46,267 nt of DNA from Micromonospora sp. (GCA_049791715.1 JBARAE010000879.1:1-46267); one strand, 5' to 3'; shown: positions 27,616 through 38,108, counted from the first letter of the stretch. Numbers and translations are program-made. The notes: generated from the sequence alone by a model not told the origin.

Positions 27616-28773
27616 ATGTCCACGGCCGTCCAGGGCCGGCGATTGCAGCGCCTGCCTGCGATAGACAACCTCAAGGCCGCCATGGTGGCGTGGATCATCG
27701 CCGGGCATGCCCTGGTGGGCTATTCGGCGATCGGCGGCTGGCCCTACGACGAGGTCAACGAGGTCACGTTCGACCGCCGGTCGGAGTTGGTGCTGGCCGT
27801 CCTGATCGGCCCGTCGGCGCTCTTCGTCGTCGGCATCTTCTTCTTCCTGGCCGGGCTGTTCTCGCCCGCCGCCATCGCCCGCAAGGGGCCGGCACGGTTC
27901 GCGGGCGAGCGGATCCTGCGGCTCGGGGTGCCGTTCCTGGTTTTCATGGGACTGCTCTGGCCGCTGTTCATGTGGGCCGCCTACCGCTCGGCCGGCTACC
28001 GCGTGTCCTACTGGTGGGCCTTCACGCACCGGAAGCCGTTCCTGGATTCCGGCCCGCTGTGGTTCGCCGAGGTGCTGTTGTACTTCTCCCTCGCGTACGC
28101 GACCTGGCGCTGGGTCGCCACCCGGCTGGGTCGGGACCCTCGACCCCACCCCGGACGGTTCGGCGGTCGTCAGCTGGTCGCGCTCGCCGTCACCGTCGCT
28201 GTCGCCTCGTTCGTGATCCGCCTGTGGTTCCCCGCCCGGAGCACCCAGATCCTCGACCTGCACCTGTGGCAATGGCCGCAGTGCGTGGGGATGTTCGGCT
28301 CGGGCGTCGTCGCGGCCCGGCACGGGTGGACCGGCAACGTGCCGGAGAGCGTCCGGCACGGCTGCGGGATCGCGGTGGCGGCCACGCTGGCCGCCGTACC
28401 GGTGCTGGCTGTCGCGCTGGGTGTGTCGAGTCTGACCGAGGCCGCCACCCCGTTCCTCGGCGGCTGGCACTGGCAGGCGCTGCTGCTCGCCTCCGTCGAG
28501 GCGTGCCTGGTCGTCGCCGGATCGGTGTGGGCGCTCGGCACGGCACAACGCCGCCTGGTGCACGGGGGTCGGCTCTCGGCGGCCTGCGGCCGCGCCGCGT
28601 ACGCGGCATTCGTCGTGCAGGGACCCGTCCTGCTGACCCTGGCGATCGCGGCCCGCCCGCTGGCCCTGCCGGCCGAGGCCAAAGCCCCGCTGGTGGGGGC
28701 GCTGGCCGTTCCGGCCTGCTTCTGGCTCGGCTGGTTGGTCATCGAGCGGACTCCGCTCGGCCGGCTCCTCTAG
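27616..28773 (+). CDS. Acyltransferase family 3 membrane protein
   Basis: IDNLK...H, FFFLAG, RILRLGVP and GPLWF motifs; about 10 TM segments. Confidence 0.85.
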   Translation: MSTAVQGRRLQRLPAIDNLKAAMVAWIIAGHALVGYSAIGGWPYDEVNEVTFDRRSELVLAVLIGPSALFVVGIFFFLAGLFSPAAIARKGPARFAGERILRLGVPFLVFMGLLWPLFMWAAYRSAGYRVSYWWAFTHRKPFLDSGPLWFAEVLLYFSLAYATWRWVATRLGRDPRPHPGRFGGRQLVALAVTVAVASFVIRLWFPARSTQILDLHLWQWPQCVGMFGSGVVAARHGWTGNVPESVRHGCGIAVAATLAAVPVLAVALGVSSLTEAATPFLGGWHWQALLLASVEACLVVAGSVWALGTAQRRLVHGGRLSAACGRAAYAAFVVQGPVLLTLAIAARPLALPAEAKAPLVGALAVPACFWLGWLVIERTPLGRLL

Positions 28774-28901
28774 CCGGCGGCAGCACATGGTGGCTGACGG
28801 GCACCAGGGCCGGCGGTTCTGGCCCGTCTCCACGGACCAGACGCCGGCCCTGGTGGCCGTCAACTCCTACCGAGTGGTTCAGAACCGCAGCTTGCGCAGT
28901 T

Positions 28902-29123
28902 GGACTCGTGCCGGTCCTTGACGTGGTACTGCAGGACCTGCTGCGGCGCGGTGCGGATGACGTCCAGCGCGAAGCCCTCGGGTTCGGCCACGCCGTCGCC
29001 GGAGTTGATGCCGCCGGTGACGGCCCAGTAGAGGTCGACCTCCAGGTGTACGAGCTTCGGATCGGGCTCCGCGGTCAGCACGTCCCAGGGTCGCTTGCCG
29101 CCGCCGAGGTCGATGGTGAACTC
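28902..29123 (-). pseudogene. Fragment of sugar phosphate isomerase/epimerase (TIM barrel)
   Basis: EFTIDLGGG...VHLEVDLYWA...QYHVKD; no start and truncated C-terminus. Confidence 0.7.
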
Positions 29124-29629
29124 GCGAGGATCTGCTGTTCGGTGGCGAGGTCCAGCTTGTCCTTGACGAGCCGGAACCGGGAGAGCCGGATGACCCCCTT
29201 GAACGGCGCGAAGTCCTCAGCGGTGCCCCAGGCCGGCGCGTCGCCCTCGTTGACGTTCGGGGTCGCCGGGTCGTCGAGCGGGGTGTCCATCGGCGTCGAG
29301 TAGTACAGGTAGATCCAGTTGTTGCCGGCCCTGCCGAAGTTGGGGTCGATCGCGACGTTCTGCAGGCCCTCTTCGTCGTGCCGGTAGACGTCCAGGGTGG
29401 CGGCGATCGTGTTACGGCCGGTTGCCGGGTCGTGCAGCCGGACCTCACCGGCACGGGTCACGTGCAGCACCCGGCTGTCCGGCAGCACGGCGAGGTCCAT
29501 CGGCTCGCCAGGGTTGTCGTTGAGGGTGACCTTCTGGAAGTCGCCGTCCGGCGGCGCGGCGGTCGTGCCGGGCTCCGCCATCGAGACGGCGGGCGTGGCG
29601 ACAAGGCCGGTGATGGTGAGGCCCGTGAG
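29124..29629 (-). pseudogene. N-terminal fragment of secreted PQQ-dependent glucose/sorbosone dehydrogenase-like protein
   Basis: Partial signal peptide without start; GEPMDLAVLPD, EEGLQNVAIDPNF, WIYLYYS, RLSRF, then abrupt loss of similarity. Confidence 0.75.
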
Positions 29630-29630
29630 T

Positions 29631-30680
29631 TCAGCGCGGGCGGATCAAGCACATTCCGCCGCGACCGGGCCGATCCATCGCGGTCAACGCGTCGGGAACC
29701 TCGTCGAGGCCGATCGTGCGGGTGATCAGCTCGGCGGGGCGCAGTACCCCGGCGGTGACCAGCCGGAGCAGCTCCGGATACGCGTGCGCCGGCATGCCGT
29801 GGCTGCCGCGCAGCTCCAGCTCGTACGCGATCACGAGCTCCATCGGCAGGGCCGGGCGGCCCTGCGCGGCGGGGAGGAGTCCGACCTGCACGTGCCGTCC
29901 GCGGCGGCGCAGGCTCTCGATCGAGGCGGCGCAGGTGGCATGACTGCCCAGCGCGTCGAGCGACAGGTGGGCACCGCCGCCGGTCACCTCCCGGACCGCC
30001 GCGGCCACCGCGCCCGGTCCGGTGAGGGCGCTGCCGTCCAGACAGACCGCGGCCCCGCAGCTTCTGGCCAGCTCCAGTGCGCCGGGGGCCACGTCGACCG
30101 CCACCACGTGGGCGCCGCACGCCGCCGCGATCATCACCGCGGACAGCCCCACTCCTCCGCAGCCGTACACCGCCACCCACTCACCGGCGGCGACCCGCCC
30201 CTGGCGGACCACAGCCCGGAACGCCGTGGCGAAGCGGCAGCCGAGCGCCGCCGCAGCGGGATGGTCGAGGTCGTCCGGCAGTCGGACGAGGTTCACGTCG
30301 GCGTTCTGCACCGCCACGTACTCCGCGAACGAGCCCCAGTGGGTGAAGCCCGGCTGGGTCTGCCGCTCGCAGACCTGCTGGTCGCCCGCGAGACAGGCCG
30401 GGCACCGCCCACAGGCGCAGACGAACGGGGCGGTGACCCGGTCGCCGGGCCGCCAGCCGGTGACGCCGGCACCGACCGCCGTGACCACCCCGGCGAACTC
30501 GTGCCCGGGGACGTGGGGCGGGCGGATGTCCGGATCGTGCCCCTGCCAACCGTGCCAGTCGCTGCGGCACAACCCGGTCGCCTCGACCCGGATGACCGCG
30601 CCCCCGGGCGGCGGCACCGGGTCCGGCACCTCGCGCACCTCGGGTCGGGCACCGAACTCGTCGAAGATCACCGCACGCAT
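29631..30680 (-). CDS. Zinc-dependent alcohol dehydrogenase
   Basis: GLCRSDWH, GHEFAG, CACGRCPAC...C zinc motif, GCGGVG. Confidence 0.93.
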   Translation of the reverse strand: MRAVIFDEFGARPEVREVPDPVPPPGGAVIRVEATGLCRSDWHGWQGHDPDIRPPHVPGHEFAGVVTAVGAGVTGWRPGDRVTAPFVCACGRCPACLAGDQQVCERQTQPGFTHWGSFAEYVAVQNADVNLVRLPDDLDHPAAAALGCRFATAFRAVVRQGRVAAGEWVAVYGCGGVGLSAVMIAAACGAHVVAVDVAPGALELARSCGAAVCLDGSALTGPGAVAAAVREVTGGGAHLSLDALGSHATCAASIESLRRRGRHVQVGLLPAAQGRPALPMELVIAYELELRGSHGMPAHAYPELLRLVTAGVLRPAELITRTIGLDEVPDALTAMDRPGRGGMCLIRPR

Positions 30681-30807
30681 GCGCCGCATCCTCACATGCC
30701 ACGGACCGTCCGGCCCGCCCGCCCCCGGCCTGACCTGCGGCGGGCGCCGTCAAGTGCCCGTCCACCACGTACCGGCCGGTGTCGTACCCACCGTTAGGCT
30801 CCACGAC

Positions 30808-31230
30808 ATGGGAGATCCGTTCCGGGTGCGCGTCACCGTCCGCGGCTACGAGCTCGACACCCAGGGCCACCTCAACCAGGCGGTCTATCTGCAATACGGT
30901 GAGCACGCCCGATGGGAGTGCCTGCGCGCCGCCGGCATCGCGCAGGACCGGCTCATCGCCAGTGGAGTGGGCCCCGTCGCCCTGGAGGTGACCCTGAAGT
31001 ACCTGCGCGAGCTGCGCGGCGGGGACGAGGTGGACGTGTCCTGCGAGTTCCGCTGGGGCGAGGGCAAGACCTTCCAGATCGTCCAGGACTACACCCGCCC
31101 CGACGGCACCCAGGTCGCGACGCTGACCGGGGTGGGCGGGCTGCTCGACCTGTCGGCCCGGCGGCTGGTGCCCAACCCGCGTGAGCGATTCCAGGAGCTC
31201 GCCACGCAACCGGGGCCGCTCAACCTCTGA
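30808..31230 (+). CDS. Acyl-CoA thioesterase (4HBT/FcbC-like hotdog fold)
   Basis: VRGYELDTQGHLNQAVYLQYGEHAR; ATG 7 nt after TAGGCT. Confidence 0.9.
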   Translation: MGDPFRVRVTVRGYELDTQGHLNQAVYLQYGEHARWECLRAAGIAQDRLIASGVGPVALEVTLKYLRELRGGDEVDVSCEFRWGEGKTFQIVQDYTRPDGTQVATLTGVGGLLDLSARRLVPNPRERFQELATQPGPLNL

Positions 31231-31284
31231 GGCCCGGAGCCCCCGCGTACGAGCCCGGAGCGGCGGACCGGGCCCGACCCGGGG

Positions 31285-32244
31285 TCAGTCGCGGTTCTCG
31301 TACACCCACTCCCGACCGGCCGTGAACGCCGTGACGGGATCGCCGCAGTAGGCCCACGGCCACTCGGTGACCCGGTCACCGATCAGGTCGAAGATCCGCG
31401 CGGCGGCCTCGAACTCGCCGGCCTTCTCCAGGCCCATCGCGAACGTGTTCGCCCGGGGGAGCCAGCCGAAGCGGGCCGTGAAGCCCGGGTGGAACAGTGA
31501 CTTCTCCACGGCGGCCAGCAGGTCCGCGCGCACCTCCGGGGAGCTGATGTACTCGTCGTCCTCCCCGCGCGGCAGCGACAGCCACTTCTCGATGTGGGCG
31601 ACGGCCAGCAGTTCCGGCAACAGGCTGCCGCCCGGCGCGGCCGCCGTGGCCTCCCGGGCGAACGCGAACATCTGCTCGTCGCTGCCGGACCATTTGGCGC
31701 ACAGGTACTGCAGCCGCTGCTCGTGCGCGACGACATGCGTGGGATGCCGCTTCACCACCTCGTCGAAGCGGGCGTCTGCCTCCTCACGGCTGACCTGGCG
31801 ACCCCGAGCGGAAGTGACCAGCCACGTCCGGGCGGTCACGTCGTCCGGGTCCCGGTCGACGACCTCGTCGAGCAGGTTCTCCGCGATCCGGAGCCGGCGG
31901 GCGAACTCGCGGAACTGGTCCTGGCTGGTGTACTGGGCACGCTTCGCGCCCCGGGCCTCCCACGCCCAGAACACCGCGTGGCAGCCGCGGACCAGGACCG
32001 GAAGCGTCGAATCCGGTTCGGCGTCGATCCATTCGCCGACCCAGTCCTGTACGCCGTCGACGTTCGCCGCGACCTCCATCAGGTAGGCACGCGCGTCCGG
32101 ATCGGTCGTGGCGCTGAGGATGTCCCGAGCCGTACGCCAGTCCCGCGCACCCAGCGCCTCGATGAGCGCCCGCGCCTGCGGGTCACCCTGAGCTGGGTCG
32201 ATGACGAGACCGGTCGGCTGCCGGCGCTTCCTGAACGGCCACAT
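31285..32244 (-). CDS. Hypothetical protein, DUF4034-like / TPR-like helical
   Basis: WAWEARG and LQYLCAKWSGS...MFAFAR motifs; GGGGAGGAAG RBS. Confidence 0.7.
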   Translation of the reverse strand: MWPFRKRRQPTGLVIDPAQGDPQARALIEALGARDWRTARDILSATTDPDARAYLMEVAANVDGVQDWVGEWIDAEPDSTLPVLVRGCHAVFWAWEARGAKRAQYTSQDQFREFARRLRIAENLLDEVVDRDPDDVTARTWLVTSARGRQVSREEADARFDEVVKRHPTHVVAHEQRLQYLCAKWSGSDEQMFAFAREATAAAPGGSLLPELLAVAHIEKWLSLPRGEDDEYISSPEVRADLLAAVEKSLFHPGFTARFGWLPRANTFAMGLEKAGEFEAAARIFDLIGDRVTEWPWAYCGDPVTAFTAGREWVYENRD

Positions 32245-32308
32245 GTGGATCTTCCTCCCCGTAGTGGTCGGAGAGCCTAGATGATGACCCGGTGACCTGC
32301 CGGCCGTG

Positions 32309-32986
32309 CTAGGCAGCAGGGCCTGTGGCGCTGGTTGACCTGGCGCCCCACAACCCGGCGGACAGTGCCAGCATCCACGCGATGAACAGCCCCACCCCGA
32401 CGAGTGAGTAGCCGCCCTCGACGTCGCGCCCGACAAGGTTGGAGATCGACGCCAGCAGGAAGACTCCCGTAAGGAGCAGCCCGCCGATCCCCAGCCGGCG
32501 CCACAGCAGGCCGCTGCGCAGGACCACCACGGAGACCGTCGCGGCCAGTGCGGTAACCGCCCAGACGACGGGCGTGCGGCCCTGCAGCTGATTCAGCGCG
32601 TCGACCGCGCCGGGCTCGTTGCTGTCGGCGACACCGACCAGGGCGGTCTCCGCCGCGGTGGACATGAATCCCAGGGCGAGGAAGACGGTGCCGGACACCA
32701 GCACGGCGACGGCCGCCGTCTCGTGCCCTGCCCGCCAGATGACCACCACGAACGGGGCGAGGAAGGCGATGAACGCCAGCAGACCGAGTCCGAGCGCGAC
32801 CTCACTGCCCAGCAGGGCACCGCGGTGCGCGACGTTGTACGCGGCGACATCGGCCGCCGACGAGCTGGCCGGCCCGGTGCCCTGGAGGACGTGGTGGAGC
32901 ACGAACAGCAGGGCGAACACCACCGCACCGGTCGCCGCCAGCCGTAGCGACGAACCGCGCCCACCGTCAAGATTTACGCTCGTCAT
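32309..32986 (-). CDS. Hypothetical integral membrane protein (~6 TMS)
   Basis: Hydrophobic ORF of 225 aa ending in FIAWML; start codon uncertain. Confidence 0.7.
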   Translation of the reverse strand: MTSVNLDGGRGSSLRLAATGAVVFALLFVLHHVLQGTGPASSSAADVAAYNVAHRGALLGSEVALGLGLLAFIAFLAPFVVVIWRAGHETAAVAVLVSGTVFLALGFMSTAAETALVGVADSNEPGAVDALNQLQGRTPVVWAVTALAATVSVVVLRSGLLWRRLGIGGLLLTGVFLLASISNLVGRDVEGGYSLVGVGLFIAWMLALSAGLWGARSTSATGPAA

Positions 32987-33546
32987 CAGACCATCATCAG
33001 GTACTCGGCTCGTCGGATGCAGCCCGGATCTGCCGCTCCGTACGGTGAGTGGCTGTCGCCTCGGCTCTCGCCGCAGCGTGGCCTGGCGTGACGTCCGCCA
33101 CCAACTATCCATCCTGTCCGGACCTGATGATCGCCACGACGGCTGCGGACCCTCGCGGAAGGGGTCCACCGCCGCCGATGCCGTGCGCCGGTCGCTCGCG
33201 GGCGTTCACCGTCTGCCCGGACGCGTACGCGTTGCCCGGGTGGCCCACTGACCTGGGCGTCTGTTGCCGGTCGGGCTCTGGCTGCGCGACGTGTGGGCCG
33301 CGCGGGTGGGAGGACGTGGGGGAGTGGCGCTCACCTGTCCGCTTTCGGCCGCGGCGGCGTCCTGCGGGTGGCGGGCCGGCGATGGCCGGTGCCGTGGACC
33401 CCGGCCGGTGTCGGTAATCCGAGCGCCAACTGTCGGTGCTGCTGGATAGTCTGCCTCCGGACGTCCGCCCCCCACGGGACCTCCCGCGCCGGACCGGCGC
33501 GCTGCAGCCACCCCCTCAAGCCTGATCGAGCACAGGGAGACTGTTT

Positions 33547-35130
33547 GTGACCAAGCAACCTGCGGCGGCGTCGGACAAGCTCGACGCCGCGGTCCTCAAG
33601 GTGGCGGGAGTTGTCGTTCTCGGTGCCATCATGTCGATCCTCGACGTGACGGTCGTCAGCGTCGCGATCCCGACGTTCCAGCGCGAGTTCGACGCGTCGT
33701 ACGCCCGGGTGGCGTGGACGATGACCGGCTACACCCTGGCGCTGGCCACGGTGATTCCGCTCAGCGGGTGGGCCGCCGACCGGTTCGGCACGAAGCGCCT
33801 CTACATGATCGCGCTGGCGCTGTTCACGATCGGATCCGGGCTGTGCGCGACCGCCGACTCGATCACCGAGCTGATCGGCTACCGCGTGCTTCAGGGCCTC
33901 GGTGGCGGCATGCTCATGCCGCTGGGCATGACGATCATGACGCGGGCGGCCGGACCGCGCCGGATGGGCCGCTTGATGGCCGTCCTCGGTATCCCGATGC
34001 TGCTCGGCCCGATCGGTGGCCCGATCCTCGGCGGCTGGCTCATCGACAGAGCCAGTTGGCACTGGATCTTCCTGATCAACCTTCCGATCGGCGCCATCGC
34101 GCTGGTCTACGCGCTGCTGGCCCTGCCGAAGGACAACCCCGAGCCGTCGGAGTCGTTCGACTTCCTCGGCATGCTGATGCTCTCACCGGGGCTCGCGCTG
34201 TTCCTCTACGGCGTCTCCTCGCTGCCCGAAGCCGGCACGTTCGCCGACACCGAGGTGTGGCTGCCGATGCTGATCGGCGCCGCGCTCGTGGTCGCCTTCG
34301 TCGCCTACTCGTTCAAGCCCCGGCACCCCCTGCTCGATCTACGGCTGTTCGCGAACCGCAACCTCACCATCGCGGCGGTGACCCTGTTCGTGTTCATCAT
34401 CGCGTTCATGGGTGCCGGCCTGCTGTTCCCGAGCTACTTCCTGCAGATCCGCGGCGAGTCCACGCTGACCGCCGGCCTGCTCATGGCGCCACAGGGCATC
34501 GGCGCGATGATGACGATGCCGATCGCCGGCATGCTGGCCGACCGGGTGCCCGTGGGTCGGACGGTGCCGTTCGCGCTGGTGCTCATCGCGGCCGGGTTCT
34601 TCACGTTCACCCAGGTCGACCCCCACACCTCGTACTGGGTGCTCTGCGGCTCGCTGTTCGTCATGGGCCTCGGCATGGGCGGCACGATGATGCCGATGAT
34701 GACCTCGGCGCTGAGGACTCTGCACGCCCAGGACGTGGCCCGCGGTTCCACGCTGGTCAACATCCTGCAGCAGATCGGCGGCTCCATCGGTGCCGCGGTG
34801 ATGTCGGTGATCCTCACCAACGAGCTCAACGGTTCGCAGCCGATCCCGGGCGTGACGGCTCCCGGCGGCGAGCAGCTCACCGAGGCGCAGCTCGCCATCG
34901 TCGTGCAGCAGCAGCCGGCGCTCACCCAGCAGTTCCCGGTGCCCCCGTCGCTCATCGAGCGCGGCCTCGACTTCGCGGCCAGCTCCTTCGCCCACACCTT
35001 CTGGGTCGCGTTCGCGCTCGTGCTGGCCACGTTCATCCCGGCCACGTTGCTGCCCCGGCGGCGCCAGCCGTCGCACCTGGCAGACCACCCGCAGGAGCAG
35101 CAACCTCCGACGCCGGTCGCGATCCACTGA
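33547..35130 (+). CDS. DHA2 (EmrB/QacA) MFS efflux permease
   Basis: LDVTVVSVAIP, ADRFGTKR, RVLQGLGGG, GPILGG and WIFLINLP motifs. Confidence 0.93.
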   Translation: MTKQPAAASDKLDAAVLKVAGVVVLGAIMSILDVTVVSVAIPTFQREFDASYARVAWTMTGYTLALATVIPLSGWAADRFGTKRLYMIALALFTIGSGLCATADSITELIGYRVLQGLGGGMLMPLGMTIMTRAAGPRRMGRLMAVLGIPMLLGPIGGPILGGWLIDRASWHWIFLINLPIGAIALVYALLALPKDNPEPSESFDFLGMLMLSPGLALFLYGVSSLPEAGTFADTEVWLPMLIGAALVVAFVAYSFKPRHPLLDLRLFANRNLTIAAVTLFVFIIAFMGAGLLFPSYFLQIRGESTLTAGLLMAPQGIGAMMTMPIAGMLADRVPVGRTVPFALVLIAAGFFTFTQVDPHTSYWVLCGSLFVMGLGMGGTMMPMMTSALRTLHAQDVARGSTLVNILQQIGGSIGAAVMSVILTNELNGSQPIPGVTAPGGEQLTEAQLAIVVQQQPALTQQFPVPPSLIERGLDFAASSFAHTFWVAFALVLATFIPATLLPRRRQPSHLADHPQEQQPPTPVAIH

Positions 35131-35139
35131 GACATCCGT

Positions 35140-35170
35140 CGGGGCCGTCGGGCGTTGCTCGACGGCCCCG
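35140..35170. terminator. Bidirectional terminator hairpin
   Basis: CGGGGCCGTCGGGC-GTT-GCTCGACGGCCCCG between convergent genes. Confidence 0.6.
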
Positions 35171-35204
35171 CGGCTGTCTGCGGCGTCGCACGCCGCTCAC
35201 GGCA

Positions 35205-37247
35205 TCACGGGCAGGGCCCTCCCGCGCAGACGTCGATGATCTCGCCGGTGAGCAGGAATCTCGCCTTCTGCTCCTGCGCCCCGGGCTGGGCGCGCGGGAA
35301 CTCGTGCGGGTCGGCGCCGTACTCGGGTCCGGCCGGGGCGAGGTTCGTGGGCGGTGGCGCGTACGCCTGACCGCTGTTCCAGATCACGATCGCGGAACCG
35401 GCATACGGGTACGCCGGGATCGGCGCGATGCCCCAGTACGGCTCCACGTCCAGTGACCAGCCGTCGGCGAGGGCCGGGGTGTGCAGGCGGGCGCCGATGG
35501 TGCGCGCCTCGACCTCGGCTGCGGCGGGGGAGACCTGGTGGTCGCCGAAGGCCACGTGCATCAGCACCTGGTGCGCCGGAGTGCCCGGCAACGGGTTGTC
35601 GGTCATGTGCTGGGCGTACCCGTTGGCCTCGGACCGGTCCCACAGCATCTGCAGCAGGGCGAGGATCAGCTGCTGGTCGACCTTGTCCGGGTAGTACCCG
35701 TCCATGATCGACTGGAACGGCGCGAAGTCGACGCTGCGCTGCAGCAGCGTGGAGTAGTTCATCGCCGGCACGCCGAGCACCGACCGGGTCCAGTCCTGGG
35801 CGATGGCGGTGAGCGCACCACCGTTGATGCCGCCCTGGCTGTTGCCGTCGTAGTGCAGCCCGCCCGGCACGTCGATCAGCGGCTGCCCGGTGGCGTCCTG
35901 GAACGCCGGGTCGGCGGCGAAGCCGTCCGGGTGGATCATCGTCCGGCCGAGGAAGAGGAAGTCCAGGAAGCTCTGCTGCAGCCGGTCCACCACCGCAGGG
36001 AAGGTGCTGAGGTTGGTGAAGGCGCCGGCCACGTACGGGACGTCGGCGTTGGCCATGCCGATCCAGCTGGTCGCGCAGAAGGTGAAGTCGTGCGTGACCG
36101 ACATGGTCTTCACGTTGCCGGCGTTGATCTCGGTCGGCCTCCCCAGCAGGCCGTGGCCGTAGAGCGACAGGTGCGCCGGGTTGGCGGCGGAGGCGCTGCG
36201 CGGGATGTTGCACACGAAGTCCGCCTGCAGCGTCGCCCCGGACGGCGTGGGCACGGCGTACGTCGTGGGCTCCCTCCCGTCGCCGTCGGCCGGGCCGTAG
36301 TGCAGCCGGGAACCGGGCCCGCCGCTTCCGGTCAGGTAGGACGGTACGCCGATGGTGCCGCTCACCTGCCGCGCGATTCGAGAGTCCTGCTCCGGTGTGT
36401 AGGTGGTGACCTGGGTGACGGTGAACGACGGTGCCGCCGCGCCGAGGCCGGCGAACGCGTCGTCCCGGACCGCCAGCATCCGCCCGGTCAGACCCTGCCG
36501 GCTGGCCACCGTGAAGTCCCAGGCCAGGTAGAGGTCGCCGCGCTTGACCCCGGCGGTGGTCAGGTCGGCGAGGATGCGCTTGATCTGCGGGACGCGGGGG
36601 TCGAAGGGGTCGACGCCGGCGCCGGTGACGTACGCCGTGAACGCGGCCGGTGCCGGGATCGGGGTCCCGGCGCTGTTCCGCATGCCGCGCAGGCCGACGA
36701 CGTACCGGGTGGCCTCGCGCAGCGCCACCGCCGGCCGGATGATCAGCAGCTGCTGGTCGGGCTGACCGGTGGCATGCGCGTCCAGCTCGGCCCAGTACGG
36801 CGTGCGCTCGCCGGTGGCGGTGTTGAGCAGCACGATCGGCGCGTCCGGCGCCAGCGAGCGACCGATGTCGGTGACCGGCGGGATGCCTGTGGCCCTGACA
36901 TCGAGGCCGGGCACGTGCACCAGGATCGGCTCGCCCGGGCTGAACCCGTCCTGCCGGTTCCATTCGGTCGGGTCGATCGGCACGCCGCGGACGTTGGTCG
37001 GCATCGAGGAGGCCTCGAACTGCACCCGCCTGCCGGTGGGACTGGCCGGGTCGGGCACGGTGAAGTAGTCGTTCGGGAACGGCAGCAGGCACGCCGTCGG
37101 GTCGATCGGGTCGCAGGCACCGTGCGCGGACAGCTGCGGCGGCACCGAGGGCGGCTCCGCGGCGGCGGCCGGACCGAGCAGGACAGCCCCGGCGGTCACC
37201 AACACGGATACGGCGAGACGGAGCCGTCTGGGGATGGTCACACGCAT
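35205..37247 (-). CDS. Secreted alpha/beta-hydrolase-like protein (lipase/esterase-type)
   Basis: Signal peptide MRVTIPRRLR...; CLLPFPND, DGFSP, YGHGLLG, GNSQGG nucleophile elbow, GDHQV, DPH; AAGGAG RBS. Confidence 0.75.
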   Translation of the reverse strand: MRVTIPRRLRLAVSVLVTAGAVLLGPAAAAEPPSVPPQLSAHGACDPIDPTACLLPFPNDYFTVPDPASPTGRRVQFEASSMPTNVRGVPIDPTEWNRQDGFSPGEPILVHVPGLDVRATGIPPVTDIGRSLAPDAPIVLLNTATGERTPYWAELDAHATGQPDQQLLIIRPAVALREATRYVVGLRGMRNSAGTPIPAPAAFTAYVTGAGVDPFDPRVPQIKRILADLTTAGVKRGDLYLAWDFTVASRQGLTGRMLAVRDDAFAGLGAAAPSFTVTQVTTYTPEQDSRIARQVSGTIGVPSYLTGSGGPGSRLHYGPADGDGREPTTYAVPTPSGATLQADFVCNIPRSASAANPAHLSLYGHGLLGRPTEINAGNVKTMSVTHDFTFCATSWIGMANADVPYVAGAFTNLSTFPAVVDRLQQSFLDFLFLGRTMIHPDGFAADPAFQDATGQPLIDVPGGLHYDGNSQGGINGGALTAIAQDWTRSVLGVPAMNYSTLLQRSVDFAPFQSIMDGYYPDKVDQQLILALLQMLWDRSEANGYAQHMTDNPLPGTPAHQVLMHVAFGDHQVSPAAAEVEARTIGARLHTPALADGWSLDVEPYWGIAPIPAYPYAGSAIVIWNSGQAYAPPPTNLAPAGPEYGADPHEFPRAQPGAQEQKARFLLTGEIIDVCAGGPCP

Positions 37248-37534
37248 CTCCTTAGAAGACGGTGCAGGAGTGGACGGTTGCCCGATGCACGCAGCCGATG
37301 GAGGGGGAAGCGGGAGGCGGAGCGGAAGGTCGGTGCTGTTCTTCCTACGCCCCTGAAGAATTCTCGGCAAGCGTCTGACCAGCCGCAGTTCACGGCGCGA
37401 CCACGACGACCTGTGACTCGACGTTCCTGCCGAAGGTGGCCGCGCAGACCAGTTCAGCGGTCGGGTGGTTTCGCCGCTTGCGGAATAGGAGAATGATCGG
37501 GGCCGACGATAACCCTTCTGAAGGGACGGCTCTC

Positions 37535-37807
37535 ATGGAAGTTACCGGCATCCTCACCGCCATCATCATCGGTCTGATCATCGGCGCACTGGGCCGGCTG
37601 GTCGTACCGGGCAGGCAGAACATCCCGATCTGGCTCACCCTCGTCATCGGTGTGGTCGCCGCGCTCCTCGGCACGGTCGTCGCCCGGGCGCTCGGCGTGG
37701 CGGACACCCGTGGCATCGACTGGATCGAACTGCTCATCCAGGTCGTCTTCGCGGCGATCGGTGTCGCTATCGCCGCCGGCGCCTACGGCCGCCGCCGCAT
37801 CCACTGA
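37535..37807 (+). CDS. GlsB/YeaQ/YmgE family stress response membrane protein
   Basis: IIIGLIIGALGRLVVPGRQNI...GIDW pattern. Confidence 0.88.
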   Translation: MEVTGILTAIIIGLIIGALGRLVVPGRQNIPIWLTLVIGVVAALLGTVVARALGVADTRGIDWIELLIQVVFAAIGVAIAAGAYGRRRIH

Positions 37808-37818
37808 CCCTCACCCCA

Positions 37819-37853
37819 TGCGCCGGCCCACCCCAGAGGAGCGGGCCGGCGCA
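37819..37853 (+). terminator. Probable terminator
   Basis: TGCGCCGGCCC...GGGCCGGCGCA hairpin just after the stop. Confidence 0.55.
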
Positions 37854-38108
37854 GGCTGTCTGGGGACACCACGGGTGCTGCCCACGGCCGCTGGCACAAA
37901 GCCCCCATCAGCCCAGCCTCGGCAACCTGCGCCTGGAACACCGCGTCGCCATCCCGTTCGCGAAGTCGCCTCCAGTGCGCTGTCGTCGCCGCTGAGCTTC
38001 CTCGCCGGAGATGGTTGTCCAGCTGGTCTCGGCGCGCCTACTCACTGTGCGTCGGCCGCTTTGGTGCAGGCCGCACCAAGGGCTGCGGGCAAGTCGGAGC
38101 GGGACCCG

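Noticed and set aside
28865..28900. Possible IS end CTACCGAGTGGTTCAGAA next to the pseudogene
   Set aside because: No partner repeat or transposase in the window; too short to support without a search
18352..35130. Secondary-metabolite biosynthetic cluster
   Set aside because: No PKS, NRPS, RiPP or terpene core gene; tailoring-like genes are scattered and separately oriented
201..37496. Many long alternative-frame or antisense ORFs (e.g. 201..2510, 4953..6524, 11748..14597, 14757..16676, 33714..35456, 35481..37496)
   Set aside because: Shadow ORFs expected in high-GC DNA; they overlap motif-bearing genes and have no recognisable motifs
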